Positions 52,324-64,000 of a stretch of DNA of 64,000 nucleotides are shown here, in pieces. The first letter of the stretch is position 1. Every line of letters starts with the position of its first letter. Where the stretch lies: positions 40,711,989 to 40,775,988 of the forward strand of contig NC_081373.1 of the NCBI RefSeq assembly GCF_030684315.1. The letters are read 5' to 3'. Under the pieces are notes generated by a model that was not told the DNA's origin, searched no databases, and saw nothing but the letters and a program-made list of their open reading frames with translations. A program made the translations under genes and the position numbers. The stretch is from Stegostoma tigrinum (Eukaryota).

Positions 52324-52834
52324 TCTTCTCAGAAAATGGTATTTACTAGTAGTTTTAAACTTTCCTGGTTCATGAGATTTGATTGATCATATTTTGCTAA
52401 CATTTCTGCTCATAGTATGCAATTACAAATTGTAGATCTGCCGCACAGATATCTCTCTGGTTCAATAATTCTTGAAAGTGACTCAAACTGCCTTATATTG
52501 AATAGCACAGGAGAAGATATCAAGAATATAGCAATGTTACTCCCTTATGTTCAAGACTGGATCATTCCTATAAATTGCTTCTGTTGCTCCTTCAGTCTTT
52601 CTGAAGGCAGCCCTATCTGATAGCACTTTAATAGTAGGCACAGGGACACTTGGTTTGATTGATCTGCTTTCTTCATTCATTGTAAAATGTGGCTACAATT
52701 AGTATAGTTTCAGTCCACAGATATTACAGTAATACACGTGAGCACTAACTTACTCCTGTGGGTCTTTCAGCTAATATAAAAGCATGGACTCATCCCTGCC
52801 TGTAGCCTCTTGTTACCCAAAATTCATAGCTTTC

Positions 52835-53171
52835 CCAGAGTGCAGAATCAGGCCATTCAGCCCACATTGACCCTCCAAATAGTGTCCCATCCTGACCTAC
52901 TGTCAGATCCTACCCTGTAATACCACATTTCCCATGGCTAATCCACCTAGCCTGCACATCTGTGGACACAATGGGCAATATAGCAAGGTCACTCCACCTA
53001 ACTTGCTCATCTTTGGGACTGTGGGAGGAAAATAGAACACCTGGAGGAAACCCCCCACAGATGCTGGGAGAAAGTGCAAACTCCACACACAGTCACCCGA
53101 GGATGGAATCGAACCCAGGTCCCTGGCGCTGTGAGGCTGCAGTGCTAACCACTGAGCCACCATGCTGCCCC
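52835..53171 (-). mobile_element. HE1-type tRNA-derived SINE
   Basis: Reverse-complement copy, ~510 bp from the + copy at 52004-52323. Confidence 0.9.
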
Positions 53172-55929
53172 TGCTGTGTCTTTGACTTGTTATTTAAAAC
53201 CTTGTCTTCAACTGCTAGCAGAGTTCAAAGGTCAACAACAAAATGCTGGATTACTTCTTGAGTGGCCAGACATTTGTCGATGAATTGTTCACTGAATGGA
53301 ATCCTCAACTGAGCAACTGTCAACACCGCATTTTGAATGTCTCCCATCATCCCGCGTATCCATCACTCAGCTTGCTGCTGTGCTTTAGAGCTAACAATGT
53401 TTTACTCAGGATCCACTGTTTAAAAAATGCCAAGATATTTCTATTGGAGAAGTGACCTAAGTATTCCAAACTTCTATTTTTAGCTAACAAACAGCAAAGT
53501 CAACCATACCATTTTAAAAACAAAAACACCTAACAATTATCAGCTGTTACACAGGAGATGCTTGATAGCCACATGGGTTCAGTGAAAACGTTGTGGTTTT
53601 TGTGCTTTAGTCTGTGCTTGAGCTTTTCTAGTGTCTCCTTGAGTAGAGCTGAAGATGCCTTTGTTAAAGCCGAGGTTGATGTCAGATCAAAATGCTCATT
53701 TATTCTGAAGCAGAATGAACAAAAATAAATGCGGCTGATGATTGTAAATGTCTTCCACGTCATTTCTTGTAATGACAAACCATGTTATGCTTTCCTACAT
53801 GAGGGACACTCTTTTCATTTCACTTTCCTTGCAGGTCAGTTTCAAGTTGTAAAAAATAAAACAACCTCCTTTCATTCTATTGTGTATCTGCAGCCCTGAT
53901 AGGTTGAACATTTAACCCTTTGAGAATTAAGTTTAACTCGGAGTAGCATGATCAACACGTTTGCACTCGGTCCTTCCCAGGGTGATGTGTGGAACCATTG
54001 TAAAGGTTGGCCAGATAGTAGTAATTGCCTGGAGGACTGACCTGCTAATATCCCCCATGTTTCACTTTTAACCTGTGTTTCAGGGAGTTTGAGAAGGCTG
54101 TCTAATGGGAACTGGAGCTATACCTCTTTAATGTCGATAAGGCATCGCTGGGGACGCACTTCTATTATAACCTGAGCAGAGCGTGTAGCTTTTCAGTCCA
54201 ACAGGAAGATGAGACTGGGTGACAAATGTATGAACAGTGAATTCTTTCAACATTTGTTTCTTATCTTCCTTGTGGGGACAGAAGGAGCAGGTTATTCTGG
54301 ACTGCAGAAGAACTGTTCAGGCCTCCCCTGCCTCAGTCTCGACCTTTTTAGAAATACCCTGTCTGTGACTTTGCGGATGCTAGGTATTATTCCACTTTTC
54401 CTCTGCCTAATGTTACACTTTCACTCTCTGACTCACTGTTACTTTGTCATGATTTCAAACTTCATATTGAGTTGCCTCAGTCAGCCAGGTTTCCTGCCCA
54501 ACACGAGCATTAAATTTGTTTTAATTTTATTTTCAGTGCAGCTGTACTTGGTTCCCCAAATTCACTGTGTACATTTTTGCTTTCAAATATTTGGAAGTTT
54601 TCCATTCTCTATCAGACCTCCATACAACACCTCTCTAATTGTATTTCTAGTGTGAATTCTAGGTTGTAGCATTTTTTTAAATTTCTTATCAAATTGTCCT
54701 CTAACACAACCTCGTACCTTACCATGACTGGCTCAATTCACTTGCATTTCACTTCCCAGTTGCAATATGAGGTGACCGATGAGTCACAGTAGTGATGCAC
54801 TGGTAGCCTGTATCCCAATAACTTCACTTTGCTACGATTGGCTACCAATCCAATCTTAATTTCTTTTCAAATCTTTTTGAAGATGTGATTCTGACACATT
54901 CACGCTTATTGCTTATCTCTAGTTATTCTGAGAAGCTTTAGATGGAGGAACAAAGGCTGCTGTACTCTGGTGTTGAGCTTCTTCAGTGATGTTGTGACAG
55001 CACTTGTCCAGATAAATCATGAATAATCCATTGCACTTGTGATTTTTATCTTGTAAATTGTAAAGCGGTTTTGGGAAAGGGATAGGGGTGTCAGCAGCTC
55101 ATGGTGGAGTACTCAGCTGTTGCATCCCTGTATCTGTTCATTTGGCCAAGGTTTGTTTTTGAGATTCTAGCCAATAATGAGTCACGATGATAGGGGAAAT
55201 GTGATTGCTGTTGAAGATCAGTTAGTTGGTTGAGGCTTCTTGTATCAGAAATGGGTTTTTTCCTAACTCTCTTATGTCACACCAATGCTGCTTACCACTT
55301 CCCAACCCAAACTGATGTTGTCAAATTTTGATTTTGCTTTGATTAAACTGTTCCGTCATGACATGATACTCCAGAGCAGATGGAACTTGAAACCAGGTCT
55401 GCTACTCACTAGACCCCTAAGGTCCTGCTTTAAACTAACTATTTCGTTATTCGAAGAGTTTTGAGCCTCACAATGCTGTGTTATATTAAGTTCTCAACAG
55501 TAGTTCATTGAACCTCTTTCCATGCAGTGGGTTTTTCTTAAGTGATGGTTGCTGATTGCATAACTGTTTTAGCTGAAAACAGTATCAGTTGATTTAATTC
55601 TTAAAATAGAAAATATTTTGGCAATTTGACTGATAGCGCTATCTTGAAACATTCACTTACTTTTGTTAGCAATCAGGCCCCAATTCTAACCAAATGGAAA
55701 CAGAAATTGCTGGTGAAACTGAACAGGCCTGGCAGCATCTGTGAGGAAGAAAGCAGAGCTAACGTTTCATCAGAATCTGCAATTTTGTTTTATTCTAATT
55801 CTAACCAAATACATTTGGTTGATTCGGGTAAAACTTCAGTAAATATCATTTGAGTTACTACCCACTGAGATTGGACCTAAAGTTATGCTTTCTCAGCCAG
55901 GCTAAAATCAAAACTTTCGTGTATAATAG

Positions 55930-56238
55930 CATAGAATCCCTACACTGCAGACAGAAGCCATTCAGCCCTTCAGGTCTGCACCAACCCTCCAAAGTGCATC
56001 CCACCCAGACACATTTACCATGACTAACCCACATAGCCTGCACATTACTGAATACCCAGACAATTTATTGCAGCCAGCCACCTAACCTGCTCATCTTTGT
56101 ACTCGTGGGAGGAAACTAGAGCACCCAGTGGAAACCCATGCAGACATGAGAAGGTGCAAATTCTACGCAGTCACCCAAAGTTGGAATCGAATCTGTGTCC
56201 CTGTGAGGCAGCAGAGCTAACCCCCGAGCCACCGTGCC
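55930..56238 (-). mobile_element. HE1-type tRNA-derived SINE (more diverged)
   Basis: Reverse-complement similarity to the other copies. Confidence 0.85.
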
Positions 56239-56559
56239 TCCTGTATGTTGAATCATACCAAATAAAATCTGCAGCTCCAAATGTGAGCCTTTCTGAATCG
56301 AGATTAACTTTGTGCTATTTCCCCATTTTCAATTAAGTGCTGTTTCTGATAAATTATGGTTGAAAACAGTTTTTCAAATCACCCGTAGCTAAAAATGAAA
56401 CTGCAGGGTTTCCCCACAGCAAAATATTGCCTCAACTTAATACAAGTTCTTGTCTTACACTATGAATACTGCCATAGTAGCTAGTTTGTGCATTGTAATT
56501 GGGATCAAGGAAAACAAAAGAGAAGTCCTAGAATGTAAATCTTATCCACGGGGACTTCG

Positions 56560-56995
56560 ACATGCATTTCAAATCCCTTAAGTCTTTCATCCAGCTGACT
56601 ACTGCTTTCTCTCTCAGAATGGTAGGGCAATGAGAATAATCAGGAGATCCAAGAACTATTAAGCTGGAAGCACGTGACATTTGAGTGTTCAGCAACAACC
56701 ACACTCCGGAAAGAAAAAGCAGGCCTGCGGGCGACTGAAGGCCAAGGTTCAACAACAAACCTGTGACAAAAAGAAAAGATGGTGGGTGGAGGAACCACTG
56801 GAGGCCCAACGAATAGCAGGCAACGAGGCTATGCAGGGTTTCTTCTACGCTGTTAAGACCACTCATGGATTAAACGCCCAAGGCCCCACTCCACTGCTGG
56901 CTGAGGACAGAGTGATTCTTATTAAAGAAGCCATCAAACAATACTGGGCAGAGCGCTTCAGCAGCCTTCTCGCCCAGGGCTCTGTCTGCATAAAT
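56560..56995 (+). mobile_element. RTE-clade LINE internal fragment
   Basis: LKAKVQQQTCDKKKRWWVEE...MQGFFYAVKTTHG...PLLAEDRVILIKE...WAERFSSLL, typical of the RTE ORF between APE and RT. Confidence 0.7.
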
Positions 56996-58054
56996 AGATA
57001 AGGAACGTGTAGTTTTAAAAAGAAGCATAAAAGTACCGATAAAAGGAGCAACTGTGAAACACTAATTAAACCCTTGTTGTATATGTTACCGTACATGATT
57101 CCAGATCCACAGCAATAGGGCTGACTCTTAACTACCCTATGGCCTAGTAGACCATTCAGTTCAGTGGCAGTTACAGATGGGCAACAAGCGCTGGCTTTGA
57201 CAATGACAAAAGGATATGAGATACTATTTTATTACGTTGTATGTGAAACCAAATTGAGCAGTCTCATAATTGGTAATAAACTAGATCAGTGTATGGGGGA
57301 TATCTAGGCAATAGAACCATAACCTTAAAAATAAAAATTGAAATATATGTAAGATAGACAAAGTACGAAAGCGGGACAGAGCTGGTTTAAAGGAATAAGA
57401 ATGGAATAAATTAAAGTAAGTTGGAAAATGTTATTGACATCAAAATAAAAAAGCAGTGAGAAACATTTTACAAAAGTAACATTTCTCATGGGAATATTTT
57501 CCATGAGAATATTTTACAAAATAAACATTTTACATCAGTGGAAACAAAGAGAATGTTATTCCACCAAAACGTAGCGACAAAGCAGCCATTTGTAACACAT
57601 CGTTGATGCTTAAAGATGTAAGGCAAAAGTTTGAACCATAGAAAATAGTACAAATTAAGTGAATAGCCAACAAAGGAAAAGAAGACAAAAGGTTTAGAAA
57701 GAAGTCAAAAAATAATTAGGGCAAAGATAGACTGTGAAATAAAGTTGTGAGAAAACGGAAAAAAAAAGCATTCTCTTACACATATGTAACTGAAAACATC
57801 AAAATTGGGACAGAGCCGCTAAGGTAGAAACACTAGCAATTCACAACAGGGAGTCTCACTACCTCCTGTTAACATTCAATAGCATTATTACTGTTGGATA
57901 TCACACCAGGAACATTCTGAGGTCACCATTGTCCAAATACTGTAGCTACAAGAATAGATGAGAGGTTAGAACACTGAATCGTTTCCTGATTGACTTGCGC
58001 CTTTCTATCTTCAGTAAGGTACAAAATCAGAAGTGTGATGGAATACACAGCAGA

Positions 58055-58186
58055 TTTCTGAAGAAGGGTCCCGACTCAAAACATCAAACTTTCCTGCTCT
58101 GCTGATGCTGCTTGGCCTGCTGTGTTCATCCAGCTTCACACCGTGTTATCTAAGATTCTCCAGCATCGGCGGTTCCTACTATCTCT
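58055..58186 (+). mobile_element. Short PLE 3'-end fragment with degenerate hammerhead, inserted in a LINE remnant
   Basis: CTGAAGAAGGGTCCCGACTCAAAACATC...TTCCTACTATCTC, flanked by TGATGGAATACA / TGATGGAGTACA. Confidence 0.75.
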
Positions 58187-61100
58187 ATGATGGAGTACAT
58201 TCTGCTTGCCTAGATAGTTGTAGCTTCAACAACACTCGAGTAGCTCAACACAATCTAAGACAAAATGGTCTGGTTGATAGGGAGCCCGTTGCCTACTTTA
58301 CCCATTTACTCCATCTGCCACTGGTACACAGTGGCTGCAAGGTGTGCCACATTCGAGACGCATTGCGATAACTCGCCAGTGCCTCTATTAAAGCACCTTC
58401 CAAACTAGAAGCACAGGAGAACACCACAAAAACCGAATTCTTCACCAAATCACACGTCATTCTGACTAAGAAATAAATCACTGTTTCTTTATCATCATTG
58501 GTTCAAAATCTTTGGAAGTTCCTTCCCAACAGCACTAGTTTGCATCCACACCAGATGAACTGTAGCCATTTTGGGAAGGCAGCTCATCATCACCTGCTCA
58601 AGGTCAACTGGGTTGGGAAGTAAATCAGCAACAACCACCTTCTATGAATGTGGTTTTAAAAAGTGCTTAAATGTATTCTGCCACCTCTGAAGAGCGTTAT
58701 GGTATTCTGACATTAGGACAGAAGCTATATAAAGTCAAGTTCTTTCTTCCTCTAAAATGAAAGAATTCCAACTTGAATTACATGAGCACTTGAGATAAAT
58801 CAGGCCTTTATGCAGCCATGTAAAATATTCCATAGCAGTTCCGCAACCTGTTTTATACTGGCCTCATTTTTATTTTCATTGACTAGGAGTGATAGGATCC
58901 CGATCAGTACGTAACACTGAAGTCTCCACCTGACTTTAACATTAAGAGGTGATATTAAAGCTGAAACCATTCAATTCTCATTTTCATTCTGCCTGTTTTC
59001 CACCATGAAGCAAGATTTTCAAGTCTTATACTCATGACTGTTTTAAACTGGAACCTTTTATGAGACTTTTGGTCAACTTTTGCATGTTTACTGCGTTGGC
59101 AAATATGCACACTTGACAAATTTTCGAGTGAACATTATTTAGCATTCCTTTAAATCATTGTGACCTTTTGCATAGCTGTCCATTATTGATGCAACTTATG
59201 AAAATGTTGGGCTTAGCAGAACATCTGGTAATATGTTGCAAAATGATGACTTAATCATAGAACATTTCCGCGATTGGGCTAAAATCCTCTTCCCCTTTAA
59301 CGGCCTGCCTGAATAACAGTTCGTTTATTTGATATACGCTTTAGGAAATTATTGATCTCAGCATAATTTAACCACAAAAACGATTTCAGTTCAGTGAGAT
59401 CCATGTGCATTTTAGCATGCATTTTAGACTGAGACCCAGGACAGTCAGGTTTAGAAAGTGAAGTACGACCGCAGTTGATTATTTGACTGATACAAATTAC
59501 TAAGTCACTAAGATAATTGGGTAAAGGGATACAATTCAGCTCTGGCATGAGTATAAGTTAGGTTTGGTGAAAATCTGTCATTCATTAACCACTATATTAT
59601 TATTGTTTCTGTTCTATTCAATTGTTTGGGTTATAGTGGACAGTAGAGCATGTGTAATGGGCAGACAATATAAAAGATGGATTAAAATAGATGAGGTGTG
59701 TAACCCATGCATGATTAATGGACATTGCGCATAATGCGAAGGATATATAACAGGTGAGGTGTATAATGAGCTGGATGAATAATGGTTGGATTGTACATTG
59801 GTAGATTTTTAAAATGATGGTCCGTGTAAAGGTAGTATATCTAATGGGCAAGTTGTTTTTCTCGGCAGAGTTTATAATGGGTAGGTTGTATAATGGGCTG
59901 TGCATGTACTGCATAACTGAGCAAGGTGACTATTAGGCAGGCTTTAGAATGATCTGTAATGAATTAATGACAAACAGATGGGCTGCGTAAAGAGCAGGGT
60001 GAATAGCAGCTGTATGATAAACATGGTGTAGAATGGCTGAGGTGTATGTTGTGTGGTATTCACTGATGAGATGAGTAATTGTCAGAGACCCTGTTGAGAT
60101 AAGTCCCTAGTTTTGAAATAACTAACATAGACTAATTCTGCAGGCACACAAGTTTACAGGCTTGATGTTCCAACTTGCTGAGGAACATGTTAGTTCATTG
60201 TCCACCAAACCTGCTGCTGTAATAAATATTAAATTCTTGTCTGATTAGGGAGGGTGAAAGCTAGTGAGTGCCAACTCAAAAAAAAAAAATGTTTAACTGT
60301 GGGTCTCGTTTTAATGCTCATCTGAATGGGAAGAGAAGCATAGAATGAGGTGGTGTTGAGGATGCAAGTGCGTGCAGTGTGAAGTTAGGATGGAATTTGA
60401 GAAGCTCGGGATTGTACAAAGGTTACTGAGTGGAAGGGAAATGTTACCACTGGCTGATGTGAAGGGAACAAGGAAGAGGTAAGTTTGTTCAGAATGGTAC
60501 TGAGTGGTATTCTAATATGCGATGCCAAGAATCCTAACTGACCATGTGAGATGCCATCACTATGTCAGCTCCTCTCCCAAATGCATGAGCTAGACTTGAA
60601 AAATGATACAACTCCCACCAACCTTTATTTCAACTGTGCTACGATACAGGTGCTCACACTTCAGCCACAATTCTTCCACAGACACTTCCGAGGAGGTTTC
60701 TGGGAATTTTGCGGTTTGCATATTACTTACTTCCACTATTGTGGAAACAAAAGAGGCCGTAAGAGAGTGAAACCTCACTCTATGAGCTGTAGTACACCAT
60801 CTGTTTGAGAAGGCCCCTGGCCAACTCACTGAGATTGTTTCTTCGAGGATACAGTAAATGTGCCCAATACTGACCAAGAATTACAATTGAAGTCATTTAA
60901 TTCAAATGTTGCCGTATATCAACGATATAATGATATAAATATCCAGAAGCAGCTTGTTAACCCAATTCTGGGATACTCATGTTCTTAATTCCAACATGCG
61001 TTTATATTATTGAAATTAGCTGGAGCAACTGCAATGCTTCGTCTTTTTTGTGAATGAATTGGTTTCATCTTTACGTTTTAAGTTTTTCAGTTGTAAAGAT

Positions 61101-61789
61101 ATGCTTCTAGCAATAATAAGCAGAATTTATTGCTTTGCATTTTTTTATTTTAAAAAAAAATTGGATTGCTGTTACTTTTGGAGAAGACTTCCTGTTCTGT
61201 GAAACATGTTCTTTTTGAACACCACTTCCTCATTGAGAAAAGCAGTATCACTACCTATCGCAAGTTCTTGATTAGCTTTGCAAATTGTTTTCTAGCCTGT
61301 TAAAGCTGCTGCAATTCGTATAATTGTGATAACTTTCCTTCTCAAGTTGTCCTGTGCATTGTTGGTGACTGAATTACCAAGCACCTCTGTCACTTTAACA
61401 AGTTAGAATTACCTATCCAACCAAAGACAGACTGTTTTCATAACTTTTTTTTAAAAACAATCACCCTTGTAACAGTCTTGAATTTCATGCAGGAAAATAG
61501 CGGTAATATTAAATTTAAATGCATTATGCCCAGATTTTCTTTTAAATATGAGAATTACATGATACCATTTATCCCGTTATATGCTTTGCATGTTTATGTG
61601 CTATGGATTCTAATCATCTATTAATCTTTTGTCAGAATTCCAAAATTGAAAGAGTGATCCATATTTGCTACCTGTCTAATAATTAATATCACAAATTACA
61701 TTCCTGCTTCTAACTAGAGTGTTTGATTCCTGAAGATAATCACCTTCTTCAAATTTACACATTCTCATTTTGTCTGTTTGCAGTGTGCC

Positions 61790-63330
61790 ACTGCACTTCA
61801 AGCTACACCAGCAGTTCTTGTTGTAATGCTGCAACATGGATACTGTGTACTTAGGGACATACAGCCTGGTTCAGTTTGTACACTGGGTGTATCTCCAGCC
61901 TCGTTGCTCACTGTCATAGCCCTCACTCACTCTGAGCCTACCTGGATGCCTTGCATTGTCGACTTTTTGGCATTTTGTTTTGCACCGTGCCTCTCAGCCT
62001 AGCCAGGCTCTCAGTGCCGGTGTATTGTTGTGCCATTTAGCACAGACACGCAGCTAGGAGGCTCATTAGTGGTTGTCAACAGTCCTCAGTCAAATCAAGG
62101 GAGATAGCCTTCTCTCAGTGGACCCTGACACAGTAAGTAAAGGGAAGCCTCTGATACGAGTCCAGACTTGGACACATTGAGTTAGCTACCTGGTACAGTC
62201 AGAGTCAGGATCATCCCCTCGAGGAGAATGAGGTACCAAATACCAGTAACCCTCCACCTGTCTTGAGTGGTTCTGCCCTGTTATGGGCAGTTTTCCTGAT
62301 GAAATGAGGGAGAGGTTGCTATGTACAGACATAAAAGCGGATGGCATAACTGTTACAAAGATAGAAATTGTGGAAAAGTTCAGGTCTGGCAGCATGTGTG
62401 GAGACAAGTCAAAGTTAACATTTTTGGGTCGAGTAACCTGTCCTCAGAACTGATGGGAAGTTCTGAGGAAGGGTCACTCAACCCAAAAACGTTAACCTCG
62501 ACTGGCCTCCATAGATGCTGCCAGACCTGTTGAGCCGTTCCAGCAATTTCTATTTTTGTCTCTGATTTATAGAATCCGCAGTCCTATCGGCACAGCTGTT
62601 GCTGTTGCTAGCGGGGAGGTGACCCGAGGGAGTGATAAGGCAGCACAAACGGCATGCAGGGTTAATGGTGTGACGGGTTAGGAAGGGTGACAGTGTGAGA
62701 GGGGAAATGGCGCTGGAAGTTGTGTGATTGGTAGAGCCTGAGTCTCGGTGGGATACGGATGCAGTAGCAGAGAAAGAATCTGTGTGAGGAATCGGAGATA
62801 AGATGGTGGCACTTACACTGGACAATGCACATGGTTTTCGAACTTCTTCCTACGTTGCTTTGCATTCCTGGAGGTGGCTGAGACTGCAGAGACCTGGATG
62901 GCAAACTCAAGCCATGGTGGCATGGTATGGTACCGTGATTTCCTCTGCTGGCCCCGCCCTTGTACCACTCCTCTAGCAGGGACCTTGCCTGCAAAGTGGC
63001 GGGGTACCAATTTTCCTTTTCCTGCCATATCTGGGACAAATGATAGTGTTTTTCTTAGTGTACAACAGCCTTTTAAAGAGGGCACTGACACCAGGTATGT
63101 GAGTCAATTTTGCGATATCCTGTCAGTGGAAAGTTATTCCAAGTACAGCTTGTGGTAGAATGGGGCTGAAGTCAGGTGAGAACGGCAACATAGGAGGGGT
63201 GTAGTGAGTTAATGAGGTAAGTTTGGTAAGATGCTGTGAGAAAATTCACCAACTCTTGCAGAGAGAAGCCCTCCATGGAACACAGAAACTGGTATTTAAC
63301 CGAAAATTAAGATGCAGCCCAGTGAAACTT
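61790..63330 (-). mobile_element. PIF/Harbinger-type Myb/SANT-like accessory gene remnant
   Basis: MAGKGKLVPRHF...PPWLEFAIQVSAVSATSRNAKQRRKKFEN (trihelix W...R...Q.RKK pattern); homologous to 28245-29400. Confidence 0.6.
62355..62588. mobile_element. Older PLE-derived fold-back insertion with two opposed degenerate hammerheads
   Basis: 62355-62451 is inverted relative to 62459-62560. CTGAGGAAGGGTCACTCAACCCAAAAACGTTAA on + and its counterpart on -. Degenerate TSD GGCATAACTGTT (62343-62354) / GGCACAGCTGTT (62589-62600). Confidence 0.7.
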
Positions 63331-63512
63331 TGGGAGTGAAATATTTTGTGTAAGTCCCTACCCACAGATCCTTTGGGAAATACTTCAGTTATCTTGGAAA
63401 ATGAATATCTTCCATGAAAACGCCATATTTCTAAAGAAAAGCTGACTTCACATTTAATATAGCTAAAACTTCAACAGCATTCAGTTTTATTACTACAACA
63501 TCCAATTTCATA

Positions 63513-63985
63513 ACAATAGACAATAGGTGCTGGAGTAGGCCATTCGGCCCTTCGAGCCAGCACCTCCATTCATTATGATCGTGGCTGATCATCCACAATC
63601 AGTATCCTGTTCCTGCCTTATCCCCAAAACCCTTGATTCCACTATCTCTAAGAGCTCTATTCATCTCTTTCTTGAAATCATCCAGAGAGTTGGCCTCCAC
63701 TGCCTTCTGAGGCAGAGCATTCCATATATCCACCACTCTCTGGGTGAAGACGTTTTTCCTCAACTGTGTTCTAAATGGCCTACCCCTTATTTTTAAACTG
63801 TGTCCTCTGGTCCTGGACTCACCCATCAGCGGAAACATGCTTCCCGCCTCCACAGTGTTTAATCCCTTAATAATCTTATACATCTCAATCAGATCCCCTC
63901 TCATCCTTCTAAACTCAAGAGTATACAAGCCCAGTCGCTCCAATCTTTCAATATATGATAGTCCCGCCATTCTGGGAATTGACCA
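63513..63985 (-). mobile_element. Young CR1 LINE 3' fragment
   Basis: ORF 63599-63970: GLSYIERLERLGLYTLEFRRMRGDLIE...TRGHSLK...FTQRVVDIWNALP. Confidence 0.93.
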
Positions 63986-64000
63986 AGATTCAATAAAAGC

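Noticed and set aside
57483-57509. Small hairpin TTCTCATGGGAATATTTTCCATGAGAA between short direct repeats
   Set aside because: Likely a local template-switch scar in decayed AT-rich repeat sequence; no functional evidence.
60441-60478. ATG...AAGAG|GTAAGT mini-exon (MLPLADVKGTRKR, phase 2) as an alternative BLNK first exon
   Set aside because: It has a good donor and the right phase, but no similarity to known BLNK N-termini and no other support.
1-64000. CRISPR arrays, operons or other prokaryotic systems
   Set aside because: None seen; the window is intron-containing vertebrate DNA.

Overview
This is eukaryotic, repeat-rich vertebrate DNA. HE1-type SINEs and the repeat families present point to a cartilaginous fish (shark); this is an inference. 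Two lymphocyte genes sit head-to-head about 19.5 kb apart. On the - strand are coding exons 1 and 2 of DNTT (terminal deoxynucleotidyl transferase, NLS + BRCT region; 20199-19988 and 8365-8191). On the + strand are two coding exons (39755-39829, 40241-40303) encoding an SLP-76/LCP2-type N-terminal SAM domain. By synteny with DNTT these are most likely the 5' end of BLNK, whose canonical mammalian form lacks this SAM N-terminus. The rest is mostly transposon-derived: CR1/L2-group, Rex1/Babar and RTE LINE fragments, HE1-type SINEs, hAT and PIF/Harbinger fossils, and many Penelope-like element (PLE) pieces carrying minimal hammerhead ribozyme motifs. The most striking structure is a young 3.6-kb PLE insertion in DNTT intron 2, made of two ~1.62-kb near-identical inverted arms inside a target-site duplication. 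The same fold-back architecture recurs in miniature at three other sites. Most short ORFs in the supplied track are shadows of these repeats. All homology calls are from recognition by eye, not from database searches.
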